A stretch of DNA of 32,466 nt from a virus (lineage: Duplodnaviria > Caudoviricetes): positions 1 to 32,466 of IMG/VR virus record IMGVR_UViG_3300012943_000022, one strand, 5' to 3'. Each line of letters begins with the position of its first letter. The first letter of the stretch is position 1. A program made the position numbers and the translations under genes. Below are positions 7,700-18,334 of the stretch, in pieces. The notes under the pieces were generated by a model that did not search any database, had not been told where the DNA came from, and was given only the letters and a program-made list of their open reading frames with translations.

Positions 7700-9661
7700 C
7701 AGGCCAGGCGGGATCTCGACGCGCCTCTGGGGGCGCACGATCCACAGGTACCTGACCTTGGACGCGTTGTCCTTGATGATGGTCTGGATGCCCCAGCGGT
7801 AGTCCTCGAAGACGGGCTCGGCGATGGACGCGTCGAACTCGACCCCCTCGTATCCCATGAGGACCTTCTCGTCGATCTGGGGCGCGGTTCCATCGAATTC
7901 GACGGACGACGCGAATGGCCCGACGGCCTCGTTGATGTTGATCCCACCCACCGCGTCGTGCTGGAAGCCGATGGTGTAGAGCAGGAACACGCCCTCGTGT
8001 ATCCCTGGGGTGATATCAGTGAATTCCACGGACGATACCGGGATCGACACGCCCTCGTGGATGTTGTCGAAGATCGGGCTGTGGGCCACATTGGCAGCCG
8101 CCTGGAGCACCCACTCGTTCGCGTTCGGGACCATCGAAGACACGGACAGGAGGGCGGACGGGATCGCCATCTTCTCGTTGATCTGGGCCACGTACAGGGA
8201 GTACGACTGCGAGGACGCGGGGGCGGAGACCTGCTCCCACACGGAATGGACCTGGGGTGAGAACTGTACCTGGCCCGCGGGCAGGAACACCCAGTGCTTC
8301 TCGACGAGCACCTGGAGCAGCGCGGTGTGCTCCAGCGATCCCGCGTCCGCGAGAACTGTCTCGTTGATCCACGGGGCATACGTGGAGTGAGCCACGGCCG
8401 CGGCGGATGCCAGCACGCTCTCGTTGATCAGCGGGCTCAGTCCGTCGAAGGACAGGGCGAACGCGTCCGGATTGACCGTGCCGATGACCTTCGGCTCCTG
8501 CTCCGAGAAGGCAACGGATGAGGCCAGGGAGTGGATGACCTCGTCGATGAAGATCGACAGGGGGGTGTGCGAGATCGACGATGAGGGAGCAGAGATCGCC
8601 TCATTCACCTTGTCGAGGAGCGGGGTGTAGTCGAAGCCGACCGTGTCGAAATCAACCATCTCGCCGATGAACGGGGCAGATCCGCTGAATATCGCCGTGG
8701 CAAGGGGCCCGTAGATCCTCTCGTTGTAAGTCGGCAGCACCGCGGTGCGGGTGCTCGTGCTGAGGGGCTGGAGCACCCTCTCGGAGACGATCTCGGACTG
8801 CGGGGTGTATGCAACGGATGCGGCTGGCGCGTTGAAGCCATCCACCATCTTGTACGTGCCACCCGTGTATGTGGATGCACCGAGGGGTTGCAGGACCTTC
8901 TCGGAAACCTTCGGGACGCGCCCGGTGTATGCCGTGCTGGACGGGTCCATGACGATGGGCATGACCTGCTGCAGTCGCGGGGTGAATGCGGATGACGAGA
9001 CGGGCGCGAACGCCTTGGTGAGGTCCGACTGCGGCAGGTACAGGTTGAAGGCGCAGTAGTAAGTCGTGGATGTGGTACCAGTCGTGACCGTGGCCGTGCC
9101 ACTGCCAACCGTACTGTCTATGTTCGAGGTCTGCGTCAGGATCCCTATGCGGTTGGACGTGGCTGTCGTGAATAGCACGTTCGAGAAGCCGCTCGTCGGG
9201 TAGTTCGTCGTGACCGCGGAGAACGTGGATGCTATCACGAACCTCTGGGTGCCGTACGGCTTCGACGGGTACGGCACGGACACGGTGAATGCGGATGCTA
9301 CTCCAGCCCCCGTGCCCCCGTAGTTGCCCGCGGATCCGGAGACGTATGCGCTGGATCCGCTGAGCCCGGTGCTGAACACGTAGATGCGGATCTGCGACTG
9401 GCTTGAGCCGAAGGTGGCCGTGACCGTTCCAGTGGTCGTGCTCGATGCGATGAACATGTGCCCGCCCATGTAGGTGTTCGACTGGTTGAAGTCGAACTGG
9501 GAGGAGATGTTGGTCCCGGTGAGCGTGCTCGAGGTGTTGCTCGACCCGGACACGCGCTCGACGAGGACGAGGTACTGCACCCCGGCCGTCATGGAGAAGG
9601 ATCCGGTGGTTAGTGCGGCGGTGCTCGACTGGCTCGCCTCTGCTACGTATGTCCAGGCCAT
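7697..9661 (-). CDS. Virion protein: Ser/Thr/Gly-rich N-terminal domain plus about 20 degenerate 20-aa repeats
   Basis: Units such as ERVLQPLSTSTRTAVLPTYN and EAISAPSSSISHTPLSIFID. Confidence 0.7.
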   Translation of the reverse strand: MAWTYVAEASQSSTAALTTGSFSMTAGVQYLVLVERVSGSSNTSSTLTGTNISSQFDFNQSNTYMGGHMFIASSTTTGTVTATFGSSQSQIRIYVFSTGLSGSSAYVSGSAGNYGGTGAGVASAFTVSVPYPSKPYGTQRFVIASTFSAVTTNYPTSGFSNVLFTTATSNRIGILTQTSNIDSTVGSGTATVTTGTTSTTYYCAFNLYLPQSDLTKAFAPVSSSAFTPRLQQVMPIVMDPSSTAYTGRVPKVSEKVLQPLGASTYTGGTYKMVDGFNAPAASVAYTPQSEIVSERVLQPLSTSTRTAVLPTYNERIYGPLATAIFSGSAPFIGEMVDFDTVGFDYTPLLDKVNEAISAPSSSISHTPLSIFIDEVIHSLASSVAFSEQEPKVIGTVNPDAFALSFDGLSPLINESVLASAAAVAHSTYAPWINETVLADAGSLEHTALLQVLVEKHWVFLPAGQVQFSPQVHSVWEQVSAPASSQSYSLYVAQINEKMAIPSALLSVSSMVPNANEWVLQAAANVAHSPIFDNIHEGVSIPVSSVEFTDITPGIHEGVFLLYTIGFQHDAVGGININEAVGPFASSVEFDGTAPQIDEKVLMGYEGVEFDASIAEPVFEDYRWGIQTIIKDNASKVRYLWIVRPQRRVEIPPGL

Positions 9662-11988
9662 CAGACACCCACCTCTGTCTCGTACGGGTCAGGGAGGTCG
9701 AACGAGCCGAAGCCCACGGTTAGGGTACCGTCCTCGTGTCCTGGCGTGTCCTGCGAAAGCATATTCTCTCCGATGAACTCGTCGAGATCCACCTCGACCC
9801 TATGAACGAGCGTGAGCCGCTTGGCCCTGAGCCCCCTGTTCGTGGGCTCCTCCTCGATGTCAATGACCTCCGAGGACACGACCCACTCCTCGTCCCTCTC
9901 CGCGATGGAGAGCACGGAGGCCCCGTAGATGGTATTTATGGCCCCGACCTCGAGGATCGTCTGTCCCAGCACGACATCCAGGAGGGCGACGTGGGCCACG
10001 GATTGTACCCCTATCGGCACCACCTCGTTAAGTGCGGGCCCGACCGCGGAGTACGATACGGAGGACCCGTCCGCGTGGATCGATACCAGCATGGTCGCGT
10101 TGGATGTTGAGTAGGCGGCGATGGATGTGCCGACGGCGATCGTCTCATCGATTTCGACGGACTGCGGCGAGTGCGAGATCGACGAGGATGGGATCTGCAC
10201 CGTGCTGTCGTTGATGGTCCCGATGGACCAGTTCTGGATCTGCAACTGGGCCACCCCAGCGAGGATGGTCGTCGGCAGGAGCGCTCCCGCCGCCTGGTGT
10301 GAGATCGACGAGGACGGGATCTGCACGGTGAGGTAGGACCTGACGGACTGTACCTGCGTCGAGTACGTAGAAGACGAGGCCGGCAGGAGCACCCTCTCGT
10401 TGATGGTAGGGGCGAGTGCTCCGGACGAGTAGGCGAACCTCTGGAACTGGACGACATCCACGATGTTCGGCAGCGGGTAGTTATGGACCTCGCTGAGCCA
10501 GAACTGGATGGTCGTGGATGCGAGAGGCATCGAGATCGGCGAGAGCACAGAGAAGTCGTGCCCTGAGTAATCGACGGATCCGCCCGGGATCTGGACGTAC
10601 GCCACCGGCGGGACCTGCCACTCCTGCGGGTCGTGCTGGATCGACGAGGCGTCGATCAGGATCGCCTCATTTACGGCGCTGGGCTCCGTGGATGCCAGCA
10701 CGTTCGCGACCGATGCCAGCACGTTCTCGGCGACATACGGTGCGTTCTCGACGTACGTCGCGGAAGCAAGGCCCAGGTGTAGGATTTCGTGCAGTTCTGG
10801 CCCGACGGGCGAGAAATCGACGCCGGATGGCTCCTGGGCCACGGTCTCGTTGATGGTTGGCTCGGATCCGGTGAATTCGACGGAGGACGGGTCCGTCGGG
10901 AGGGCCACGACTACGTCTGGTGGCTGCTCTGAGAAAGATACGTCCGATGCATCGGCGAGCATGGTCTCCGAGACGTGGAAGTCCATCGGATCGTGCTCGA
11001 CTGCCTCGTGCCCGAACGGCAGCACCGCTCCAGTGAGTACTGACGGCTCCTGCTCCGAGTACGCCACGTCAGACGCGTCGAGGTGCAGTACCTCGTCGAG
11101 TTGCGGCTCCACTCCTGTGAAGATGGAGGATGCGGATGGGGCCTCGACCTTCTCATGGACCAGTGGGTCCAGTGCGGAGTAGGTGGATGAGGACGCGTCC
11201 TGAGGAACGACCGTCGTGATGACGATCTCCTGGGTCTGCGCGTCGAATGCCTCTGATCCTGCGGGTGCGTGGATCGCCTCATTTACGGTCTCTGCGAGAC
11301 CCGTGAAAGTCGATGATGCTGCCGGGGCGTGGATTGCCTCCGAGACGAGTTGCGTCTGACCTGTGAAAGTCGAGGATGCCGCAGGGATGGCCACGGTGAC
11401 GACGGTAGGCCCGCTGAAGGCCATGATCGCCGCCGTGTGCGAGTAGGCACCGCCTGAGGCGAAGGTCCAGTTGCTCGGCACGTTCCCTGTGGCCCAGTAG
11501 GCGAACCGGTTCGAAGAACTGTTCGGATTGTAATTGGCGGAGGATCCGCCGGTCGGGCCACCGCTGACGCTCCACCCGGTGTTCGTGGAGAGGGTCCTCA
11601 CGCCGACGTACCACTCGGCCGATCCTGGGGTTCCCGTTGCCTGCGTCGTGCCTGACGAGTTTCCGAGACCAGCGCTGCCGACGAACGTCGCCCCCGCCTG
11701 CGCGAACTCGAGCACGACGTACCCGGTCATGTTCGATATCGACGCGAACGTGGTGGATCCGGATCCGGTGGCGACGAAGTAGGCCACCCCGCCCATTGCA
11801 GGGGACGTGCTCGAATTCACGGCCACGACCGTGCCGCGGGACGAGGTCAGCGCGGTGTCTGTGGATGCGCCGAGCCAGATGAGGACGTAAAGGTACCCGC
11901 TGACGGCGGTGAAGGAGGCCGTGGCGGACCGGGCCGTACTGTTGTAGGACCAGTCATTGATGAGTACTGAGGGTGTTGGCAGTGCCAT
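9661..11988 (-). CDS. Virion protein, paralogue of 7697-9661, with about 25 degenerate 20-aa repeats
   Basis: [20 protein letters not shown]-type units; 60-bp DNA periodicity visible near 11270-11390. Confidence 0.7.
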   Translation of the reverse strand: MALPTPSVLINDWSYNSTARSATASFTAVSGYLYVLIWLGASTDTALTSSRGTVVAVNSSTSPAMGGVAYFVATGSGSTTFASISNMTGYVVLEFAQAGATFVGSAGLGNSSGTTQATGTPGSAEWYVGVRTLSTNTGWSVSGGPTGGSSANYNPNSSSNRFAYWATGNVPSNWTFASGGAYSHTAAIMAFSGPTVVTVAIPAASSTFTGQTQLVSEAIHAPAASSTFTGLAETVNEAIHAPAGSEAFDAQTQEIVITTVVPQDASSSTYSALDPLVHEKVEAPSASSIFTGVEPQLDEVLHLDASDVAYSEQEPSVLTGAVLPFGHEAVEHDPMDFHVSETMLADASDVSFSEQPPDVVVALPTDPSSVEFTGSEPTINETVAQEPSGVDFSPVGPELHEILHLGLASATYVENAPYVAENVLASVANVLASTEPSAVNEAILIDASSIQHDPQEWQVPPVAYVQIPGGSVDYSGHDFSVLSPISMPLASTTIQFWLSEVHNYPLPNIVDVVQFQRFAYSSGALAPTINERVLLPASSSTYSTQVQSVRSYLTVQIPSSSISHQAAGALLPTTILAGVAQLQIQNWSIGTINDSTVQIPSSSISHSPQSVEIDETIAVGTSIAAYSTSNATMLVSIHADGSSVSYSAVGPALNEVVPIGVQSVAHVALLDVVLGQTILEVGAINTIYGASVLSIAERDEEWVVSSEVIDIEEEPTNRGLRAKRLTLVHRVEVDLDEFIGENMLSQDTPGHEDGTLTVGFGSFDLPDPYETEVGV
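9933..9938 (-). promoter_or_regulatory. TAAATA promoter core (intragenic) upstream of 7697-9661
   Basis: cATAAATAc. Confidence 0.5.
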
Positions 11989-12015
11989 CAGATCCTACCG
12001 GGGAGAACTATGCTG

Positions 12016-12021
12016 TATTTA
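12016..12021 (-). promoter_or_regulatory. TAAATA promoter core upstream of 9661-11988
   Basis: aATAAATAc, 28 nt upstream of ATG 11988. Confidence 0.65.
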
Positions 12022-12180
12022 TTCGTCAGACGGTTCCCGCTCCTCGCGCCAAGCGAGGCATGCGTTCCTCAGCCGGGCCAGGGAGGCATCGTGCTTCTTC
12101 CTCTGATCCCTGGAGTTCCTCCCGGAGAGTATGACGGTTGCGAGCCAGAGTGCTATGAGTGCGTAGTGCAGGGTATCCAT
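12019..12180 (-). CDS. Small membrane-anchored protein (53 aa; absent from the ORF track)
   Basis: Manual translation gives MDTLHYALIALWLATVILSGRNSRDQRKKH...PSDE*; GAGGAG RBS directly upstream; fills the intergenic gap exactly. Confidence 0.65.
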   Translation of the reverse strand: MDTLHYALIALWLATVILSGRNSRDQRKKHDASLARLRNACLAWREEREPSDE

Positions 12181-12189
12181 GTTATCTCC

Positions 12190-13311
12190 TCAGTATCCGG
12201 CCACATCGACGGCCATCAAAGTAGTGGGGTCGCCGTAGTTCCAGTTGGCGTAGGTGCTCGGCGTGTATCCCGACGGGAACCCGCCGGCGTCGTAGGGCTG
12301 CAGGACCCAGGCCGTGCTGATGCTCGTGCTGTCGCAGAAGAACCCGTCCTGCACGTAGTCGCTGGACCCGTAGGCCCCGGCCGGGGACGCGCCTCCCGCC
12401 CTGTGCCTGGACGCGATCACGGCCCAGGTCCCTGATGGGACCGCGTAGTCCTCCTTCGGCGGCATTGACCCGGAGAGGGTGCTCTGCCATCCCGTCCCCG
12501 TGGATACGATGGTCGAGACGTGCATCAGGGGCTTGCCGTCCTTGATGCTGAAGGTGCAGTTCCCGGACGCGTCGAACGTGGCCATCGCGACCTCGCCGGC
12601 GATAGGTGTGGTCCAGGAGTGCCTCTTGAAGACGTACGCGACCGTGTCAGGGATCGTGGTGGTGGTCCCGCTCATGGTCTCCCACAGGCGGCAGGACGTG
12701 CCCGAGGACGCGCTGAGGTCGTGCCAGTTGCTGGTGAGGATGCAGAGCACGTTCCCTGGGTACCCGGCGATCGTTCCCACGGCCTGCCAGAAGGAGCCGC
12801 TCCACTCGAACACGGTGCTGTAGTACGTGCTGAGGAGCACCTCGCCCGCCACGGATCCCGGGTGGGTTATGTCCAGGTTCCCGGACCCGCCGTACGTGGT
12901 CCCGTCCTTGATGTAGTTCCACGTCGCGGTGGCCCTGGACCACTGGTACAACTTGTTCTGGTCCGACCTGTACCACCACCACCCGTCCCCGGGGCTGGAC
13001 GGGAAGGAGGTCCCGTAGAGTTCGCTGTCGTGCGTGCTGCGGACGATCTGCAGCGTGACTGGCATGGTCCCCCTGAGGGCCACGAGTTCGTCGTTGCCGA
13101 CCCCGGGGACCAGCGCGCCGTTGATGCTCAGGTAGTCCCCGGTGGATCCGTAGGACCAGCCCGTGCCCCAGCCGCCCGCGCTCCACACCCCCGAGGAGTA
13201 GGAGATGCTGCCACCGGACACGGTGGTCTTCCTGTCGTAGGAGATGCAGACCATGTTGTGGTCGAAGTTGATGTTTCCGGACGTGTCGAAGGTCCTGAGG
13301 TGCGTCGTCAT
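12190..13311 (-). CDS. Tail-tip accessory / receptor-binding-type protein
   Basis: ATGA-coupled start at 13311 (MTTHLRTFDTSG); FPSSPGDGWWWYRSDQNKLYQW fibre-type motif; downstream of J. Confidence 0.6.
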   Translation of the reverse strand: MTTHLRTFDTSGNINFDHNMVCISYDRKTTVSGGSISYSSGVWSAGGWGTGWSYGSTGDYLSINGALVPGVGNDELVALRGTMPVTLQIVRSTHDSELYGTSFPSSPGDGWWWYRSDQNKLYQWSRATATWNYIKDGTTYGGSGNLDITHPGSVAGEVLLSTYYSTVFEWSGSFWQAVGTIAGYPGNVLCILTSNWHDLSASSGTSCRLWETMSGTTTTIPDTVAYVFKRHSWTTPIAGEVAMATFDASGNCTFSIKDGKPLMHVSTIVSTGTGWQSTLSGSMPPKEDYAVPSGTWAVIASRHRAGGASPAGAYGSSDYVQDGFFCDSTSISTAWVLQPYDAGGFPSGYTPSTYANWNYGDPTTLMAVDVAGY

Positions 13312-13616
13312 TGGGCCATTATCCCGTAGTAGAGGGTACCTGTGGCGAGGGCGTACGCCGGGTCGTACCCGGTCATGATGTAATCCACCTTGAGGTTCGT
13401 CGATGTGCTCATGTAGATCGTCGGGTACCAGGTGTATCCGCCGGCCATGTCCGGCCCGACGTAGAACCACCGCGGCGTGCCCTCGAGGAACTTCGAGTTT
13501 GTGATGTCAAGGTCCAGGCCCGTGAGGGTCGCGGACCCTATGATCCTGAAGAACATGCGCTCGCTGTCGAGCAGCACGAGGCCTGAGGGCGCGAAGGCCT
13601 TTACCACGGTGGCCAT
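13308..13616 (-). CDS. Small tail-tip accessory protein
   Basis: Directly follows J; AFAPSGLVLLDS resembles the TFDxSG motifs in the next gene. Confidence 0.6.
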   Translation of the reverse strand: MATVVKAFAPSGLVLLDSERMFFRIIGSATLTGLDLDITNSKFLEGTPRWFYVGPDMAGGYTWYPTIYMSTSTNLKVDYIMTGYDPAYALATGTLYYGIMAQ

Positions 13617-13617
13617 G

Positions 13618-16600
13618 TTAGACGATGCCTATGAACACGGCCACGTTGGTGTAGGAGCCCACGGTCCCGCCTCCGGATCCGTAATGGACCCTGATGTTCT
13701 TGCCGTCGAACACGGTGCGCTCGCCCGACGCGCCCGACTGGATCACGACGCCGTCCGTGGGATTGTAGAGCAGGGCAGAGCCGCTCGACGGGACCAGGGA
13801 CATGCGCGGCGATCCTGAGTTGTACTCGAGGAAGATGCCAGCGGAGCCGTAGGATGCCGCGCCGATGCCGATGGATCCGCCTGTAGTCATGCCCATCGCA
13901 ACCGCGAGGGAGCCGGTCGAGATCTTGGACGCGCTCAGATCCACGATGTAGGCGGATCCGATGGCCGCGGTCGAGATGTACGTCGAGATGTTTCCGGCGC
14001 TGATCTGCGCGTTCAGCGTGGCCCAGAAGCCGGCCCCGAGGCCTGACAGGGACACGGATCCGCCGCCCGCCCCGGTGAGGGTTCCGTTCGAGTTGATGCT
14101 GATCTGCGAGTTCTGCAGTTGGGCCAGGTTGTCGATGTAGGACTGGGGCAGGTTGGATCCCGCGGCCAGGATCACGTTGCCGCTGTTGTCCCGGACCGTG
14201 AGGCCCCTGGTGAGGACGTTGTCGCCCTGGAACGTGCCCGCGACGACGGAGGACGCGGCGACGGTCTGGGCCACGAGCAGGCCTCCGTCGAGGTACGCGT
14301 TGCCGTTGCCGTTCTCGATGAGCGTGCCCCCGCGGTACGTGGCGAAGATCTTGTTCGACGTGCCCGCCGCGGTGGCGATGTTCGTGGTCGTGCTGAGGGC
14401 CGTGTCGCCGACCACCCAGTAGATGTAGATGATGCCGCTGGTCCAGGCCACGGATCCGGACGATATGGCCCACTGCGTGCCCGCCCCCGAGCCGAGGGAC
14501 TGGGACACGGTCCCCGAGGTCCATGACACGTGGTTCGCTGATGGGTCGTTCGGCTTGAAGATGGACCCGGTGAGCAGGAACTCGTTCGTGTCTGCCACGC
14601 CAGAGGAGGTGGCCGCGCCCGTGGTATATACCGCGTGGTTCGCGCCGGTCTCGATCTCGGACTGCGTGCTGAACCAGTCGTAGGCGAAGATCTTGTAGTA
14701 GTAGGACGTGCCGTTCGTGGCCTGGCTGTCCGTGCATGACGTGCTGAGGCCCTGCTGGATCAGCGTGGCCGATGACATCGTGAAGCCGGAGGACGTGCCG
14801 CGATGCACGGCGTAGCCCTTGATGTCGGGCTCGACCGGTGGGCTCCAGTTCAGCCAGTTGCTGTCGATCTGGCCCTCGGCGGAGACGTTGGAGACCACAC
14901 CCGGGTACGGGTTGTCGAACGTGTCCTCGACCCAGGCCGTGTAGCGGCCCAGCGCGTCCCTGATGCGGACCGCGACCTTGATGGAGCGCGCCTCGCCGTA
15001 CGCGAGGGTCCCGTCGCCGTCCTGCTTGTCTGGGCCGTACTCGAACTCCTCGGCATCCACGACATAGACGCGCTTGACCACGTCCGCGACCGTGCTGACG
15101 CGCACCTCGTACAGGAACGTGGCATCCACCTCGTTCGGGTTGGTCCATGTGAGGGAGAGGGTCGGGCCGCCGAACTCCGTGTCCGCCGTGCCCCTGACGA
15201 AGAGGTCCTCGATCGGTAGGAGCGAGGACACGGTCGGGTCCGTCTCGAGATTGACGACGACGGTCTCGGTCGTGTCCTGGGACTGGAAGCCGCGCAGCGA
15301 TACCGTGCGCACGGAGACCTTGTACGTACCGGACTTGGCGACGACGAACGTGGCCCACGGATTCACCGTGGTCTTGACCTCGACCGTGGCCCCGTCCTGC
15401 AGCCGGACCTCGTAAGCGCGCACCAGGCCCTGCGGCTTGGTCCAGTTCGCGACGATGGAGACCAGCGGGTTCCCGGCGCCGTCTATGCTGCCCTCGAGTG
15501 AGAGCACCAGGTTCCCCGGTGGGAGCACGGTGGCTGTATCCACGAAGGTCGGGAGGGTCGGGATGGCCGGCGTGTCATCGACGTAGGTGTAGAGGTTGTC
15601 GTCGTACTCGGAGCACACGACGGACCACTCGATGTCCCCTGTTGGCTGGATGGCCTCCACCTTCCACTTCTTCGGGACGATGTCGCCGTAGATGAAGACC
15701 TGCTTCGAGGTGAAGCCGCTGAGGTCCGCTCCGGTGTAGTTGATGGTGCTGAGGGTGCCTGACGAGGAGACGGTCACGCTCTCGTATGTGAGGGCGTCGT
15801 TCTTGAGGATGGCGAGCGTGTCCCCGGTCTCCACCACCACCGGCTGGTCCAGCACGATGGTCGATGAGGTAGCGGACAACTTGCCTGCGGTCCTGCTCTG
15901 CGCGGCCCAGCGAGGGTCCGAGATCTCGATGACCTGGCCCGGTACGAGGGTGCAGTGGTACGGGCCTGTCCTGAAGGACACGGTCCATGGAACCATCGAG
16001 GAGCGCGCGATCGCGTACTTGGCCGAGCGCAGGGCCTGGCCTGGCGTGACGGTTCCCGCACGGCGGATATCCACGCGTCGAAGTTCCGTGCGGGGGCTGA
16101 ACGACACGTCGCTGTGCTCGACCATCTTCTCGAGCCAGTTGTTGTTAGGGTCCCGGTACCAGGCCGTGGCGAAGTTGTAGGAGGTCGCGAGGGATCCGCG
16201 GGCATAGACGAACTCGCCATCCACGACCTGCTGGTGCGAGACCTTGCGGGTGCTGACCCCAGGCCTGTCCTGGATGACCGTGAGTAGGCCGTTGATCCAG
16301 TCCGGCTTGGCCTGGCAGGTCTCGAGCACGTCCCTGATGTCGAAGAGGTCGATGTGCTGGTGCCTGTACGAGAAGCGGTGCTCCGTCTGGCCCTCCACTC
16401 CGGACCCGTCCGGGACGAGCCCGTCGCAGTACTCGGCCGCGAGGTAGAAAGATCCGAGGTCGAGGTCCGCGTCCGTCACCTTGTCCCCGGTGCCGTACTC
16501 GGAGTTCGTGATGAGTTCGAGCACGTTCCAGACAGGGTTAGAGGTGGCGAACTTCTCCTCCTGGAACTCGTAGTCCCACGGGCCCGAGTAGGTCCTCGAG

Positions 16601-17463
16601 ACAGGATCGTAGTTCGACGGGACGCGGCACAGGATGCCGTCCCAGAGGAAGGACTGGTTCGGGAAGTCCGTGCCGATGGTGTTGCTGTCGATCTCGACGC
16701 GGGCGATCGCGTAGCCCTCGTACGCGCGGGTCTGCTCCTTGATCTCCTCGACGTACAGGAGCACTGTGGTATGCACTGTGCGCCCGTCGCTCAGGTTCGG
16801 CGTGTCCCTGCGGACCCGCAACTGCCACGACCCCGCGCCCTCCGGCCTCGGCACGTGGATCTGGATTGCGAACTCGTCCTCGGCGACGGACGTGTCCGCG
16901 ACCACGCGCACGATCTCCCACACCGCGTCCGAGGCCAACTTGCGCTCGAACTTGATGTCGATCGGGGTCGGGTCCTTGTTGCCCTTGTCGTCGGAGTAGT
17001 AGAGGCCTCCGGGGAAGAAGATGACCGCGTCCGCGCTATCAACGCTGTCGTCCGTCATGGTGTGGATCTGTGGCGTGCCCTGCTCCAACTCCACATTCTT
17101 CGAGATAACCGAGGAACTCTCGGTGAAGGACGGGATCACGGTCTGGTCCGACGATCCGGGCCTCCAGTCGTACGAGACCGCGGAGTAGTTGATGCTCCCG
17201 TCCTCGTTCCCGATGGCGTTGTTGTTGAGGAAGATGTCCCTGTAGATCTGGCCCGAGGCCCTATGCACCGGGCCGCCCGTCGGGCCGACGGAGATCAGGT
17301 GCAGGAGGTTCGCGATGTTCGGCTTGGTCGTGATCTCGTGCGGCAGCGGGCTGTACCTGGAGCCGTACGTGAGTTGGTTCAGGTTGCGTGCCGCGTCCTC
17401 GGCGGAGACGCGCTGGGCGCGTCCCCCGCGGGGGTTGTTGTGGAGGTCCTGTGGGGATGGCAT
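13618..17463 (-). CDS. Central tail fibre / tip attachment protein (lambda J-like)
   Basis: LLHLISVGPTGG, RVPSNYDPVSRTYSGPWD, TSNPVW, AEYCDGLVPDG, IQDRP motifs and FN3-like repeats. Start reassigned to ATG 17463 (TAATG overlap). Confidence 0.9.
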   Translation of the reverse strand: MPSPQDLHNNPRGGRAQRVSAEDAARNLNQLTYGSRYSPLPHEITTKPNIANLLHLISVGPTGGPVHRASGQIYRDIFLNNNAIGNEDGSINYSAVSYDWRPGSSDQTVIPSFTESSSVISKNVELEQGTPQIHTMTDDSVDSADAVIFFPGGLYYSDDKGNKDPTPIDIKFERKLASDAVWEIVRVVADTSVAEDEFAIQIHVPRPEGAGSWQLRVRRDTPNLSDGRTVHTTVLLYVEEIKEQTRAYEGYAIARVEIDSNTIGTDFPNQSFLWDGILCRVPSNYDPVSRTYSGPWDYEFQEEKFATSNPVWNVLELITNSEYGTGDKVTDADLDLGSFYLAAEYCDGLVPDGSGVEGQTEHRFSYRHQHIDLFDIRDVLETCQAKPDWINGLLTVIQDRPGVSTRKVSHQQVVDGEFVYARGSLATSYNFATAWYRDPNNNWLEKMVEHSDVSFSPRTELRRVDIRRAGTVTPGQALRSAKYAIARSSMVPWTVSFRTGPYHCTLVPGQVIEISDPRWAAQSRTAGKLSATSSTIVLDQPVVVETGDTLAILKNDALTYESVTVSSSGTLSTINYTGADLSGFTSKQVFIYGDIVPKKWKVEAIQPTGDIEWSVVCSEYDDNLYTYVDDTPAIPTLPTFVDTATVLPPGNLVLSLEGSIDGAGNPLVSIVANWTKPQGLVRAYEVRLQDGATVEVKTTVNPWATFVVAKSGTYKVSVRTVSLRGFQSQDTTETVVVNLETDPTVSSLLPIEDLFVRGTADTEFGGPTLSLTWTNPNEVDATFLYEVRVSTVADVVKRVYVVDAEEFEYGPDKQDGDGTLAYGEARSIKVAVRIRDALGRYTAWVEDTFDNPYPGVVSNVSAEGQIDSNWLNWSPPVEPDIKGYAVHRGTSSGFTMSSATLIQQGLSTSCTDSQATNGTSYYYKIFAYDWFSTQSEIETGANHAVYTTGAATSSGVADTNEFLLTGSIFKPNDPSANHVSWTSGTVSQSLGSGAGTQWAISSGSVAWTSGIIYIYWVVGDTALSTTTNIATAAGTSNKIFATYRGGTLIENGNGNAYLDGGLLVAQTVAASSVVAGTFQGDNVLTRGLTVRDNSGNVILAAGSNLPQSYIDNLAQLQNSQISINSNGTLTGAGGGSVSLSGLGAGFWATLNAQISAGNISTYISTAAIGSAYIVDLSASKISTGSLAVAMGMTTGGSIGIGAASYGSAGIFLEYNSGSPRMSLVPSSGSALLYNPTDGVVIQSGASGERTVFDGKNIRVHYGSGGGTVGSYTNVAVFIGIV

Positions 17464-18032
17464 TAGAACATGTACCTCGCGTTGTAGTCGCTGCCGATCA
17501 CGACGGAGCCGCAGCGGACCTGCTCGCCCATGACGATGGGGATGGGCGAGCCGAACGTGGTGATGTTCGGCAGGTAGCCGAAGACGGAGCGGACCCGCTC
17601 GTCCTGCGACGGGTCTAACGGCTTGGCCCACAGTTCCATCACGCCCTGGAGTGCGAGCGAGAGGCCCATGGAGAACATCATCGGGGCGAGCCACGTGGTG
17701 CTGCCCGGGACGTAGAACGAGGCCACGATCAGGATGACGCCGATGATGATCTTGAGGAACGAGCCGAAGCCCTGGGCGCAGATCGCTGGCTGGATGACGA
17801 GGGACTTCAGGTCCAGGTTGTCGGCGAGCATGGCCTCGCAGTCGAGGGACACGACGGTCCCGTCGCGCCTCGTCCCGGTGAAGTGCCAGGAGCCGCGCTC
17901 GATGTCGTGTATGATCTCGTCGCCGAAGTGGAACCTGAGGCCGGAGAGTATGTGCTGGAAGGAGTTGCCCTGGACGAAGCGCGGCTCCGCCGAGTACTTG
18001 CGAGCGAGCCATCCCTTTAGTTGTACCTTCAT
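17463..18032 (-). CDS. Tail assembly protein (lambda I-like)
   Basis: VQLKGWLARKY start, IIIGVILIVASF hydrophobic stretch, GSPIPIVMGEQVRCGSVVI C-terminus. Confidence 0.85.
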   Translation of the reverse strand: MKVQLKGWLARKYSAEPRFVQGNSFQHILSGLRFHFGDEIIHDIERGSWHFTGTRRDGTVVSLDCEAMLADNLDLKSLVIQPAICAQGFGSFLKIIIGVILIVASFYVPGSTTWLAPMMFSMGLSLALQGVMELWAKPLDPSQDERVRSVFGYLPNITTFGSPIPIVMGEQVRCGSVVIGSDYNARYMF

Positions 18033-18334
18033 ATTACCTCTATCTCCGTCGAATTCGTCCCGTCCGTCGCCACAACGGCGAAGGGCCTTCCCTCGAGTTC
18101 CCTGAAGTGCATGTCCGCGTCCGACAGATGGCCCAGGGCCATGTCCGTGTGCGAGTGGCAGAACACGTCGTACTCGTCCGGTGGGACCACCTCGACGTGC
18201 CCCTTGGACGACGAGACGGGCTCCAACTCGATGTATTTACCGCCGAGGACGTATCCCGCGCACTCGACCGGCCAGGTCCTGAGCGCGTGGGCCACGAAAT
18301 CAGCCGCGCACTCTTCCGGCAGCCGGGAACTCAT
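18029..18334 (-). CDS. Tail assembly protein K-like, JAB/MPN domain only
   Basis: PVECAGYV...FCHSH...LSDAD JAMM motif; no NlpC/P60 half. Confidence 0.8.
   Translation of the reverse strand: MSSRLPEECAADFVAHALRTWPVECAGYVLGGKYIELEPVSSSKGHVEVVPPDEYDVFCHSHTDMALGHLSDADMHFRELEGRPFAVVATDGTNSTEIEVI
18234..18239 (-). promoter_or_regulatory. TAAATA promoter core (intragenic) upstream of I/J
   Basis: gGTAAATAc. Confidence 0.45.

Noticed and set aside
7697-11988. CRISPR array or DGR template/variable repeats among the 60-bp periodic sequences
   Set aside because: The repeats are degenerate in-frame protein repeats with no spacer structure, and there is no reverse transcriptase or cas gene.
17464-18012. 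N-terminal extension of J in the ORF track (and similar extensions of terL, 12190-13470, 21928-22449, 23650-24303)
   Set aside because: These overlap real upstream genes; coupled ATGA/TAATG/TGATG starts give better boundaries.
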